From positions 1 to 56,795 of the forward strand of contig CAYUJW010000002.1 in assembly GCA_964445135.1 (NCBI GenBank): DNA of 56,795 nucleotides. Reading direction: 5' to 3'. This document shows, one piece after another, positions 25,315 through 34,136 of the stretch. Positions within the stretch are counted from its first letter, which is position 1. Each line of letters begins with the position of its first letter. A program made the position numbers and the translations under genes. The DNA is from an uncultured Gammaproteobacteria bacterium (GTDB lineage Bacteria > Patescibacteriota > Microgenomatia > UBA1406 > GWC2-37-13). The notes under the pieces are model-generated. The model was given only the letters and a program-made list of their open reading frames with translations. It was not told the DNA's origin and ran no database searches.

Positions 25315-26248
25315 TCACTTCGACACATATCTACAGAAAGTTCATTCTCACTCAACCGATAGTGAAGTGGTGATGAAGGTGGCAGCTCATATGATAGGTG
25401 CTGTGCCAAGTGGCATGAAGAGAATTATAAAAGGTGAATCTCATGAGGTGTATGAGGCACAAATGTTTGAATCGAATAAATCATATATCATACGTATTGC
25501 CCCAGAAAGTAGCGCTCACTTTGCATCAGAAAATTGGGCGATGCAGCGGGTCTCACAAGTCGGTGTGCCAGTGCCATCCCCCGTTGCGATTCATGTAGCG
25601 CGTGTGGCAACAACTCAACTTGCATTTTCGCTGTATCCAAAAATACATGGGTATACAGAAGATGTGTGGGGTCCACAATTTGACAACTCTTTGTATAAGG
25701 ATCTGGCGGTTGAAGCAGGCGCATATTTGCGCAAGATTCACTCCGTTTCAACATCCGGTTATGGACCGATAAACGAACATGGTGTGGGCCGCTTTAATAC
25801 GTATTTGGATCGAATAATGAGCGTACTTCAGGACTTAGGTGCATATGAGAGTCATCTTGCAAAGCTTTGCATACAGTTTTATGTTGATCGTGCACATAAG
25901 CTTTCAAACGTACCTGCGCATTTGATTCATGGTGATTATGGACCAAAGCATTTTGTCATCGAGGATGGGGTTATTCGGGGAATTATCGATTGGGAAGGTG
26001 TTGAGTCTGGGCCATATTATATGGATTTTGGACGATGGAGTTATTATTATCAGGACAAATTGCCGCTTGACTGGTTGCTTGAGGGTTACGGCATCACAGA
26101 GGGACAAAGGTCAGAAGTGAATGATCTATTGCCGCTTATTGAGCTGTTTTGGGGCTGCCATTCACTGCTCTATTATTGTCGCCACATGCGCCACGAACAG
26201 GCGATGGAAGATAAACGTAAAATCACAAAGATATTACGAAGTGCTTAG
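25307..26248 (+). CDS. aminoglycoside-phosphotransferase (APH)/kinase-fold protein
   Basis: HLIHGDYGPKHFVI (HGDxxxxN-like catalytic loop) and IIDWEGVESGPYYMDF (IDWE..G....D). Trimmed to the ATG at 25307, which overlaps the upstream stop. Confidence 0.8.
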   Translation: MNNHFDTYLQKVHSHSTDSEVVMKVAAHMIGAVPSGMKRIIKGESHEVYEAQMFESNKSYIIRIAPESSAHFASENWAMQRVSQVGVPVPSPVAIHVARVATTQLAFSLYPKIHGYTEDVWGPQFDNSLYKDLAVEAGAYLRKIHSVSTSGYGPINEHGVGRFNTYLDRIMSVLQDLGAYESHLAKLCIQFYVDRAHKLSNVPAHLIHGDYGPKHFVIEDGVIRGIIDWEGVESGPYYMDFGRWSYYYQDKLPLDWLLEGYGITEGQRSEVNDLLPLIELFWGCHSLLYYCRHMRHEQAMEDKRKITKILRSA

Positions 26249-27955
26249 GTGTTTTTTTGGCTTGATAAGCACATCTTCAAGAACCAAATAATCAATATTG
26301 TTTTCTAAAAAACAAATCATCGCATCTTCTGGTGTGTGTACGATTGGTTCGGCATTATCATTAAATGATGTGTTGAGAATGAGCGGAATGCCAGTCAACG
26401 AGTAAAACTCGTTGATTAAATTGTGATACTTAGGGTTTATTTCTTTGTGCACCGTCTGAAGTCTGCCTGTTTTGTCCTCATGCATGATCTCGCGGACCAG
26501 CTCCTGTTTATCGGTTTTAACCGGCGCAATAAACAGCATGTATGGACTTTCTCGTAATTTTTCAGAGAGCTCGAAATAAACGTGCGCATGTTCAGCAAGC
26601 ACCGATGGAGCAAATGGTCGAAATGATTCTCGCTTTTTAATAATGTGATTAATTCGATCTTTCATTCCAGCTTTTCCAGGATGTGCAAGAATACTTCTGT
26701 TGCCAAGTGCTCGCGGTCCAATTTCACTTTGCCCCTGGTACCATCCAATAATATTTCCCTCAGAAAGTAGCTGTGCAGTAGTTTTTTCTATTGATTCAGG
26801 ATGCATGATCTCAATATCTTTTTGATATTTGTGCAGCACACCTTCTATCGCACTGGTAAATGCGGGGCCAGAATATGGAATGAATGGGTGAGCTGTTCGA
26901 AAAGATTTTTTCTCAAGCATATTTTTGACCCACAATACACCGCCGATTGAAAGGCCACAATCTGAGACCATTGGTGGCACGTGAAGATTGTGAACCTCAC
27001 TTTGTTCAAGAAGATGGGTGTTGCTGACACCATTGAGTGACACTCCACCTGCAAGACACACATTATTAATTCCATATTTTTTTGCTGCATTTTGAATGAT
27101 CTTTGCGATGGTCTGCGAGGTAAATTCTTGTATGCTCAGAACAAGATCGTAGTAGTCTTCAAAGATGTGAGCAAACTCAGCTGGCGGAGTTTTCCCCAAA
27201 TAGGTATGCAACAATGGGCTGGCAAAAGGAATGTCCAGTTGCACAGATAGATAGTTTGCAAGCACCGCATTTCCATTAAAGGTATTTCCAAACATTTGAT
27301 GGAGTTGTGGTGGGTTTTTTTCTGAATCTGCAAATTGTGGAAAATATGAATCGTAGCGCACAAGGTTGTTTAGAAACGGTAAGTATCTTGGTGTTTTGCC
27401 CCAAGCAGTAAGTGCCATAGTTTTTCCTGAATCGTTTGCGCCACTGAATCCGAGCAAAATATTGACCGCTTCCCAGAGTCGCCCAAGTGAAAATTGCGCA
27501 TCCATTTGGTCAATTTGCGTAAGGGTGTCCCCTCTTCCGATTGCCAAGCGTCCACTGAGACCGTCTCCCACATCATCAATTGAAAGCACAAGTGCCTCAT
27601 CAAAATTGGAGGTGTAATAGCTGCTTGCTTGATGCGCCATGTGATGGTCGAGCAACAGGTGTGTTTTGCCCTGTGATAAAGATTCAAAATAATCCTGTAA
27701 TTCGTGTCCGTGAATATGAGTGTTGTGATAATTTTGAGTTCCAACCCAGATATATGTGTCAACAGAATTTGTATCAATTTGCATGGATTGCAAAAGAAGT
27801 TTAAGTGAGTCTGGGTCAGTGAGTCCGGCATACTTTTTTCGCGTCACCCGTTCTGTGGCAAGATATGATAGTGATGTATTGTGTAGATGAGCCACACTCC
27901 CCTCGTGCCAAATTCCGGCCACCGCAACAACTGAATTATGTGTAGTTTGGTTCAT
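26234..27955 (-). CDS. NodU/CmcH/TobZ-family carbamoyltransferase
   Basis: VAGIWHEGSVAHL, LLLDHHMAHQASSYY (HHxAH), CLAGGVSLNG, DKTGRLQTV, LNTSFNDNAEPIV. The ATG at 27955 forms an ATGA overlap with the upstream GT2 stop. Confidence 0.85.
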   Translation of the reverse strand: MNQTTHNSVVAVAGIWHEGSVAHLHNTSLSYLATERVTRKKYAGLTDPDSLKLLLQSMQIDTNSVDTYIWVGTQNYHNTHIHGHELQDYFESLSQGKTHLLLDHHMAHQASSYYTSNFDEALVLSIDDVGDGLSGRLAIGRGDTLTQIDQMDAQFSLGRLWEAVNILLGFSGANDSGKTMALTAWGKTPRYLPFLNNLVRYDSYFPQFADSEKNPPQLHQMFGNTFNGNAVLANYLSVQLDIPFASPLLHTYLGKTPPAEFAHIFEDYYDLVLSIQEFTSQTIAKIIQNAAKKYGINNVCLAGGVSLNGVSNTHLLEQSEVHNLHVPPMVSDCGLSIGGVLWVKNMLEKKSFRTAHPFIPYSGPAFTSAIEGVLHKYQKDIEIMHPESIEKTTAQLLSEGNIIGWYQGQSEIGPRALGNRSILAHPGKAGMKDRINHIIKKRESFRPFAPSVLAEHAHVYFELSEKLRESPYMLFIAPVKTDKQELVREIMHEDKTGRLQTVHKEINPKYHNLINEFYSLTGIPLILNTSFNDNAEPIVHTPEDAMICFLENNIDYLVLEDVLIKPKKHLSTS

Positions 27956-28929
27956 ATCGTTAATTCTTCTTTTGTAATATTCCACCGTTCCAATACGCCA
28001 ACTTTCCCCTGCTCTTTTTGAATACGCGATGCTTCTTCAAGTTGGGCGTAAGATATGTGATTTTCGTGTAAAACTTTCATAAGAAATGAGCGTTGGGTAA
28101 TTTCATCATCCGGGCTCCCATGCGCTGATGTTTGATCCCCAGTTATTCGATATGCATACCCGTTCGTATTTACGGGGAGCATATTCTGGCAATTCTTGCG
28201 ATATCCCTCTGCTGCCAGAAGTAATAATAGTCCAAAGTCATCGTGTGATTTTAAATCAAGTGGCCATCCTCCCACACGAATAATTGCTTGCTTCTTAAAA
28301 GCTCTCAGGCCAATTGCATAGGCAAATACCATAAGATCAAAAAATGAGTATGGTTGAGCAGCTCGTATTTTATACCTATGTGAGCGTTTAGTAAATTGCA
28401 TTTGGTGCATGGGGGTTGGATAAAAATCATTTTCTTCATCAATCCACTGTAAGGTGGCGGGCAGCTTTTCAAGTTCAATTTGGAAAATAATATTTGAGAA
28501 TGCAAAGTCACATTCACTATTGCCAAGCATCGTTTTATACATAAGCGAAGTCGCATGAGGGTCGCAAAGATAGTCATCAGAATCGATAAAAAAGAGGATG
28601 TCGCTTTGTGCCAAATACACGCCCACGTTTTGTGGCAATGCTTCTGATCCGCTATTTTTTTGAAGTCGAGCGAGCGTCATCTTGTCAGAGTGAGGCAATG
28701 ATAATATGGATGACAGGTCGCCTTGTGTTGAGGCATCATCTACGATCACTATTTCATAACTGTGATCACCTACTTGCTGACCAATTGATGCAATAAGCTG
28801 GGGAAGGTGTGCAATGCGATTATATGATGCGACAATTATGCTGAAATCGACTGTATCGCTCCGTTTTGACGTGGCCACTATGTCGACAGCTATAGGATCA
28901 ATTTGGAGCCATGGAATAGAAATATTCAT
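27952..28929 (-). CDS. family-2 glycosyltransferase
   Basis: FSIIVASYNRIAHLPQLIASI, IVIVDDASTQGD, and FFIDSDDYL (DxD). Confidence 0.85.
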   Translation of the reverse strand: MNISIPWLQIDPIAVDIVATSKRSDTVDFSIIVASYNRIAHLPQLIASIGQQVGDHSYEIVIVDDASTQGDLSSILSLPHSDKMTLARLQKNSGSEALPQNVGVYLAQSDILFFIDSDDYLCDPHATSLMYKTMLGNSECDFAFSNIIFQIELEKLPATLQWIDEENDFYPTPMHQMQFTKRSHRYKIRAAQPYSFFDLMVFAYAIGLRAFKKQAIIRVGGWPLDLKSHDDFGLLLLLAAEGYRKNCQNMLPVNTNGYAYRITGDQTSAHGSPDDEITQRSFLMKVLHENHISYAQLEEASRIQKEQGKVGVLERWNITKEELTI

Positions 28930-28935
28930 GAGGCA

Positions 28936-29658
28936 TTATATAATTTTTGCATTTTGTAGTGCTTGGATGAGTTCGTCATACGTAGTGTTTTGAGAGTGCT
29001 CATATAATAAATATTCTGCGGGTTTGTTGGCCAGATCAGGCAGTTGATACGCGCGAATTGATTCAAGCTCAGGCTGGTTGAAATATGAGATGTCAGCCTG
29101 TTTCGTGTGAAGCAGTGAAAGTGCATCCTTCTTTTTCTGTAGAATCTGGGGCGACAGCTTTAATTGGTGTTGTCCGTTTGGGAAAGTATTGTGCACATAT
29201 GTATGTGCATCAGTCTTGTGATAGAGCGCATATTCCAACATCTCTTCAATCGTATGGTGACGGCCGACTATGAGGGATAAAATCTCATGATCAATATGTC
29301 CACCTTCGTACGTTGGAAACACCACGCACGTTGGACGATGGGCAGATAGAATGTTTTCAATTTCACGTGCCATGCTTTCAATATTCAGAAGACTTTTCCC
29401 ATCAGGAATGGCAAGTTCAATGTACTGATCAATGTTTGCAGCGGCACAGACCCTACGTACCTCGCGGTTTAGCTGTATGCGATAATCGGATGGCTTGATG
29501 TCGCGATATGCATTTGGATAGTCAATGGGCGACGGCATATTGTCGGAGGTGCAGACAAGTATTTTTTTGCCACTCTCATTTTGTGCTAAATGCGAAAATG
29601 CACCAAGAAACACATCATCAATATGCGCGCCAAAATATACGGTCACAGAAGGATTCAT
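28936..29658 (-). CDS. PIG-L/LmbE-family N-acetyl-sugar deacetylase
   Basis: VYFGAHIDDVFLG (AHPDDE-like metal site) and EGGHIDHEILS (HxDH). Confidence 0.8.
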   Translation of the reverse strand: MNPSVTVYFGAHIDDVFLGAFSHLAQNESGKKILVCTSDNMPSPIDYPNAYRDIKPSDYRIQLNREVRRVCAAANIDQYIELAIPDGKSLLNIESMAREIENILSAHRPTCVVFPTYEGGHIDHEILSLIVGRHHTIEEMLEYALYHKTDAHTYVHNTFPNGQHQLKLSPQILQKKKDALSLLHTKQADISYFNQPELESIRAYQLPDLANKPAEYLLYEHSQNTTYDELIQALQNAKII

Positions 29659-29688
29659 TGTGGTTGCAAGTATATCACAATCCCCTAC

Positions 29689-30090
29689 TTAGTCGCGGGG
29701 CTTGACGAGCTTTGCGGTTCGCACGATCTTGAGGACTTCTCCATCCGGGCCGGTGAACTCATTTTTTTGAGTCATGTTGGCGTAATGATTGAGATTCTCA
29801 GATAGCAAGGTTTGGAGCTCGCGAAGATCCTCGCTGAGCGAGCGGATTTCGGTTTCGACGGCCTGGACTGCTTCTGTTTTGACGATCTTGTCTTTGGCGG
29901 CGGCTACTTGTCGCTTCACTTCTTTTTGTTGCTCTTCAACTTCTGCGTATCCAGCATCTTGCTCAAATGATTGTTTGAACATCTCTTTTTGTGTTTTTAT
30001 CTTTTCTTGTGTCTTGCGGATATCTACAAGGTAGTCTTTGATCATGGTTTCGAGGTTTAACAGTACCTCAGGTTCGATAGTTGGGTTCAT
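29689..30090 (-). CDS. hypothetical coiled-coil protein
   Basis: Highly charged K/E/Q heptad-like sequence. No motif recognised. Confidence 0.5.
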   Translation of the reverse strand: MNPTIEPEVLLNLETMIKDYLVDIRKTQEKIKTQKEMFKQSFEQDAGYAEVEEQQKEVKRQVAAAKDKIVKTEAVQAVETEIRSLSEDLRELQTLLSENLNHYANMTQKNEFTGPDGEVLKIVRTAKLVKPRD

Positions 30091-30167
30091 ACAATGAATT
30101 GAGAAAATAACTAATGATGAAGTTACAGTATAAGCAGAAAATCAAAAGAGGGCAAGGGGTGTGGGGC

Positions 30168-30320
30168 GAGTTACGAGTTACAAGTTGGTTGGTTACGGGT
30201 TACGGGTTGAGGAGTTACGGGTTACGAGTTAATTGGTTACGGGTTGAGGAGTTACGGGTTACGAGTTAATTGGTTACGGGTTGAGGAGTTACGGGTTACG
30301 AGTTAATTGGTTATGGGGTT
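30168..30320. repeat. tandem array of the 37-bp unit GGTTACGGGTTGAGGAGTTACGGGTTACGAGTTAATT (built from GTTACGR heptamers), about 3 full copies plus partial ends
   Basis: Exact copies at 30235-30271 and 30272-30308. The copy at 30191-30234 carries one extra heptamer. Degenerate copies lie at both ends. Confidence 0.9.
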
Positions 30321-30380
30321 TGTCATGGTAATTGTCATGAAGCGTGACGGGCAAACTCTGTATATTGGCAACATATCTCT

Positions 30381-30797
30381 ATGAGTACAGTAAAACGATT
30401 TGAAGAGTTGGAAATATGGAAGACAAGCATGGTGCTTACCAAAAGAATATATGAACTAACTTCTGTTGGGTCATTTGCTAAAGACTATGGTCTGTGTGAG
30501 CAAATACGTCGTGCGATAATATCTGTAAGCTCAAATATTGTTGAAGGGTTTGAAAAAAACAATAACAACGAGTTTGTACGTTATTTAAAAATATCCAAAG
30601 GATCTTTGGGCGAAGTCAGGAGTCAGCTTTATGCAGCACAGTCAATTGGGTACTTAACTACTCTGGATTATCAGAACATTGATATGCGACTGCAGACGCT
30701 GGCCAAGCAGATAGGTGTTCTGATTCGGTATTTACAAAATGTAAAGAATGCGAGTAGCCAAAAAACTAGCAAACCTTCCAAACTCGAAACCATATAA
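30381..30797 (+). CDS. four-helix-bundle protein (23S rRNA intervening-sequence protein family)
   Basis: FEELEIWKTSMVL...FAKDYGLCEQIRRAIISVSSNIVEGFEKNN..EFVRYLKISKGSLGEVRSQL is the characteristic pattern of this family. Confidence 0.85.
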   Translation: MSTVKRFEELEIWKTSMVLTKRIYELTSVGSFAKDYGLCEQIRRAIISVSSNIVEGFEKNNNNEFVRYLKISKGSLGEVRSQLYAAQSIGYLTTLDYQNIDMRLQTLAKQIGVLIRYLQNVKNASSQKTSKPSKLETI

Positions 30798-31237
30798 CTT
30801 TTACTGATCTCTCCTCTACCCTCAATTGGGTTGGCAATTAAGTGTATAGGTGAGAGGAGGATGGAAGATGAAGAGAAAGATGTGTGCGAAGGCGAATGCC
30901 TGGGCGGTAGAAGGGCGGTGAGGCGCTTCAAACATCAATCAAATCAGAGCTTCCAGCCTAGTGGGATCCTCAAGCGAGAACGTGCTTTTCCTCATGCTAA
31001 AGCGAGGTGCGCAAGTTATTTCGCGAGGTATAATCCCGGCGGATCTTTTTTCGATAGCTCAAAAAGCAGCGTGCAGCGAATAAATCGCGCTTCTGTTTTG
31101 ATGAGAATCTACTAAAAGAAACTCCTCCATGAGGGTTAGGACCTCTATCACAGACCAATTACTGTATCTTCAACCTTGATGGTCAAAGAAACAAATCCCT
31201 TCGGGAGATTCCAGTGTTTGGTCGTTGGACCACACGA

Positions 31238-31426
31238 TCATCGTTTGAAGATGACCGGGTTGCTCGCTGATCGCATTGCTGCATTCAGCGCGGTCCAGGT
31301 CTTGGCTCGTCGTGCGGCCACTTGCGCAGGTGTCCCGTGAGGGCGTACCTGGCTCGTGATGTGTGCTCGTTGAGCACTTCGCAACGTCGAAGCCTTGGTG
31401 CTATCGGTTGTTGGCCAATAGTACAT
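31238..31426 (-). CDS. small basic hypothetical protein (62 aa) on the high-GC island
   Basis: Trimmed to MYYWPTT. AAGGAGGT (complement of 31437-31444) lies 10 nt upstream of the ATG. High GC. No homology recognised. Confidence 0.35.
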   Translation of the reverse strand: MYYWPTTDSTKASTLRSAQRAHITSQVRPHGTPAQVAARRAKTWTALNAAMRSASNPVIFKR

Positions 31427-31623
31427 GGTGGTTTTCACCTCCTTCCATTTCTCTGGAAAAAAGACATTTTTTATAGACCTACCGCAGATCCGCCTTCCAA
31501 TACAAGTCATGTGACCCGTATAAATAGGGAGACCTACAGTCAGGCAGTGTGATTCGCATGTGTTGCGATTCACGTGACGCGGTGGGTGTTGATGGTTTAC
31601 TATCCCATGCAACTACAATCCAT

Positions 31624-31640
31624 TTGACCTGGCTGGTCAA
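31624..31640. promoter_or_regulatory. palindromic site TTGACC-N5-GGTCAA on the second high-GC island
   Basis: Perfect 6-bp arms, and the right flank GGTCAACAG is identical to the 17395 site. It lies between the LPXTG gene and the small ORF. Confidence 0.45.
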
Positions 31641-31748
31641 CAGAGGATCAAAGCAGTGCTCAATCAGAGATCAAGCTCTACTTACAGGTGCAAAACAACC
31701 AGAAATTTCCGCAGATCGGGTACTTCAAAAGTCGTTTGACCAACTTCA

Positions 31749-32594
31749 TCAGTTGACCCTAACGGTGGTGGGGCGTCGCGATGCGAGCGCTCCGTGAATG
31801 GCCAGCACGATGCCAACAACAATTGCCACGAAGACCCAGGGAAGGATCGTCGCAACAGTGGTGTTCAGTCCCGTGAAGGGGAGCTGACACGAGCCGGTCT
31901 CGGCATTCCAGTAGGGGCTGGTGGGCCCACAGGTGGAAACCGTGATGGTCGGCGGGTTGGTGCTCGGCGTCGTCGGAGCCGGCGGCTGCGTGGTCGTGGT
32001 GACCGTGGTGCTGCTGCCTTCGGGCGTGGTCGTCGGCGTCGTCGTGCTCGGCGGTGCGGTCGTGGTCACAGGGACCTTGACTGCTCCACAGAATGCTTCA
32101 ACGGAGCGGTGACCCAGGTCGCGGGGCAGCTCAGGGATGTTGTAGTGGCGGTCACGGTAGTCCGTGGTCGTCGCTCGGTTGCCCTTTGCAGTGCACAGCT
32201 TGGGATCGATGGTGTACGGTTCTTCCGAGCCGTTCATCTGGTCATCCCAGTGCATCATGGCGGTGCGGCCCGCGGGGATCTCGACGCTGGCATTGTAGAG
32301 CCCATTGGTTTGGAACCAAGGAATCAGCTCGGTGCCGTCATCGAGGATGACCGCGAAGTACCCGTCGTACCGTCCGTCTTCAACCAGGTTTCCCAGGATG
32401 TCGACTTGACTTCCCACAAATGCGTGGACTTCAACCTCAACGGTCGTCGTCTTCAGCTCCTGCGGAACGGGGGTCGGGGTGGCGGTCACCGTGGTGGCCG
32501 TCGGGGTGGAGCCGGTGTCGGCGGATGCCGATCCGGCAGATGCTGCGACTCCGAAGAGCGCTGCAGCGATGATGATCATTCCTTTTCTGAACAT
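31749..32594 (-). CDS. LPXTG-type cell-wall-anchored surface protein
   Basis: Signal peptide MFRKGMIIIAAALFGVAASAGSASA, a globular domain, and a Thr/Pro-rich stalk. The C-terminus is LPFTG plus the hydrophobic helix TILPWVFVAIVVGIVLAI plus RRP, a classical sortase sorting signal. A hand count of nt 31981-32040 gives 44/60 G+C. Confidence 0.8.
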   Translation of the reverse strand: MFRKGMIIIAAALFGVAASAGSASADTGSTPTATTVTATPTPVPQELKTTTVEVEVHAFVGSQVDILGNLVEDGRYDGYFAVILDDGTELIPWFQTNGLYNASVEIPAGRTAMMHWDDQMNGSEEPYTIDPKLCTAKGNRATTTDYRDRHYNIPELPRDLGHRSVEAFCGAVKVPVTTTAPPSTTTPTTTPEGSSTTVTTTTQPPAPTTPSTNPPTITVSTCGPTSPYWNAETGSCQLPFTGLNTTVATILPWVFVAIVVGIVLAIHGALASRRPTTVRVN

Positions 32595-33311
32595 GGTGTT
32601 TACTTCCTTCTTGTTAGTAGATGGTGGTATTACGCTTGCTCAGTTTGCCTTGCCTCTTTTTTAAACTCCAAGGTGGAGCCTTTGCCGAGGTTCGACAAGA
32701 TGCGGGTATGACTTTTTTCTTCACCTCCATATGTCCTTTCGCCGCGTTCCTGTGGCCGTACTACATCAACCTCCATGTCGATGCTTTGTATGCGTATCCC
32801 TTTGCATTTTCAGAAAAGAAGTCTCATATTAGTGAGGCTCAATCTTACTCGTGGCCGGGAAGGCACATACGGGACCTAGTAAATAGGGGCCCATTTTTGG
32901 TATGTCTTTTTCCATGGTACGCATCTGCGGCTTTTGGGCAGCAGCATACAACTCAATGAGCGATATCCAAATGAATGAATATCTGAGGCCTTTTTACGGG
33001 TCTCCTCTTTGGGTGTGTGGAATCATGGACACTGTTATACGGATGTCAGGAATCGGTTACGGCAACGGTTATGACCTGCCCGCAGATGCTGCGCATCAAG
33101 CGCTGCAGGCGGGAGCTCGTTTCGGTTTGGTGTGTCGGTTACGGTATAGTGCCTGATGCACGATACCCTTCAACCTTACCCATACCAGCTTCGATACCCT
33201 ATCCGTTACCCTTACCTGGCAATCATATAGCAGTGCCCAATCATCATGTGCACTTGAAAAGAGTGAATATAGTTTAGTCCTAACCCAATTGTTAAGCACC
33301 AACCAAGTTCA

Positions 33312-33343
33312 GTGTGAAAGTGTGAAAATGTGAAAATCACATA
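33312..33343. repeat. 8-nt microsatellite GTGTGAAA GTGTGAAA ATGTGAAA ATCACATA
   Basis: Read directly from the sequence. It is the same word family as the 19143-19174 repeat. Confidence 0.8.
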
Positions 33344-34136
33344 ATCTGCACTGACAACATTTGTATATTTCTATGCAAAAAGAAATAGGTGTTTACTGAA
33401 ATGTGCTGGTATTTTTTGGGATAGTCTATGGCTTAATGAATCTTCAAGCAAGTAGAAGAATCGCAGGCCTATGACTATCGCAATTACTTGGGGGTATTAT
33501 TTTTGGTAATTCCCAAGGAGTGGTGTTTAAAAAATGCTTGTGTTTTAAACAGTGCTCTTTGAGGACTACGGTGGGGTGTCCATGGCGCTATCGTTTTTGA
33601 ACAAGCGAGGCAATCCCCTATTTCTGGTGGTGAGACACCAAATGAAGTGGCCGACACATAAAACGTGAGTTGGATGTGTGGCGTGTGTGAGTCATGATTT
33701 GTTGTAAATGTTCCCCCGTGGTTGGCAGCTACATTGGTGCTATCTGGCAACTCCCCCTGTTGTCATCGCTTCCTTTTGCTGTCTGTATTGAGTACAAGTA
33801 CCCAATACAACATCTATATAGTATCATATTTCACGTCATTAGTCAACCCATAGAAGCATATATGCTATACTAGCTGATTCGTGTATTAAGTAAGCTACAA
33901 AAGGCTATAACGATAAATATGTATGAGAGCTATATAGATATATATGCTTCTTATAGAATACAAATATAGATAACCTATAGTATATAGATTGATGAGGATT
34001 GTGCTCACTCAAACCAGATATATCTATCTCATGCTGAGCTTTCCCATACTATGGGGTAGTATAGGCAGAGTGTTTGGGAGCTGTGTCAAGCACTAAGTAT
34101 CTCGCACTTGGCTTAAAAACCGCTGATGCTCCCGCC

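Noticed and set aside
22096-27831. Antisense ORFs within the sugar-tailoring cluster (for example 22096..22374, 22487..22900, 23698..24117, 27370..27831)
   Set aside because: Each lies opposite a CDS with clear family motifs. They are short, lack motifs, and reflect AT-rich antisense frames.
30168-30320. Possible CRISPR array
   Set aside because: The 37-bp units are directly abutting with no unique spacers, they are built from heptamer sub-repeats, and no cas genes lie nearby. This is a tandem repeat, not a CRISPR array.
31794-32711. 305-aa Arg/Gly-rich plus-strand ORF
   Set aside because: It is antisense to the LPXTG gene. It has low-complexity RRRGRG composition and no start signals, a typical open antisense frame in very GC-rich DNA. 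The LPXTG reading (signal peptide, stalk, sorting signal) is far more coherent.
32621-33750. ORFs 32621..32959, 32902..33156, 33017..33277, 33096..33302 and 33484..33750
   Set aside because: They mutually overlap, have no promoter or SD signals, have odd composition, and cross low-complexity GGTTACGG-like words. None is convincing as a gene. A pseudogene remnant cannot be excluded without tBLASTX.
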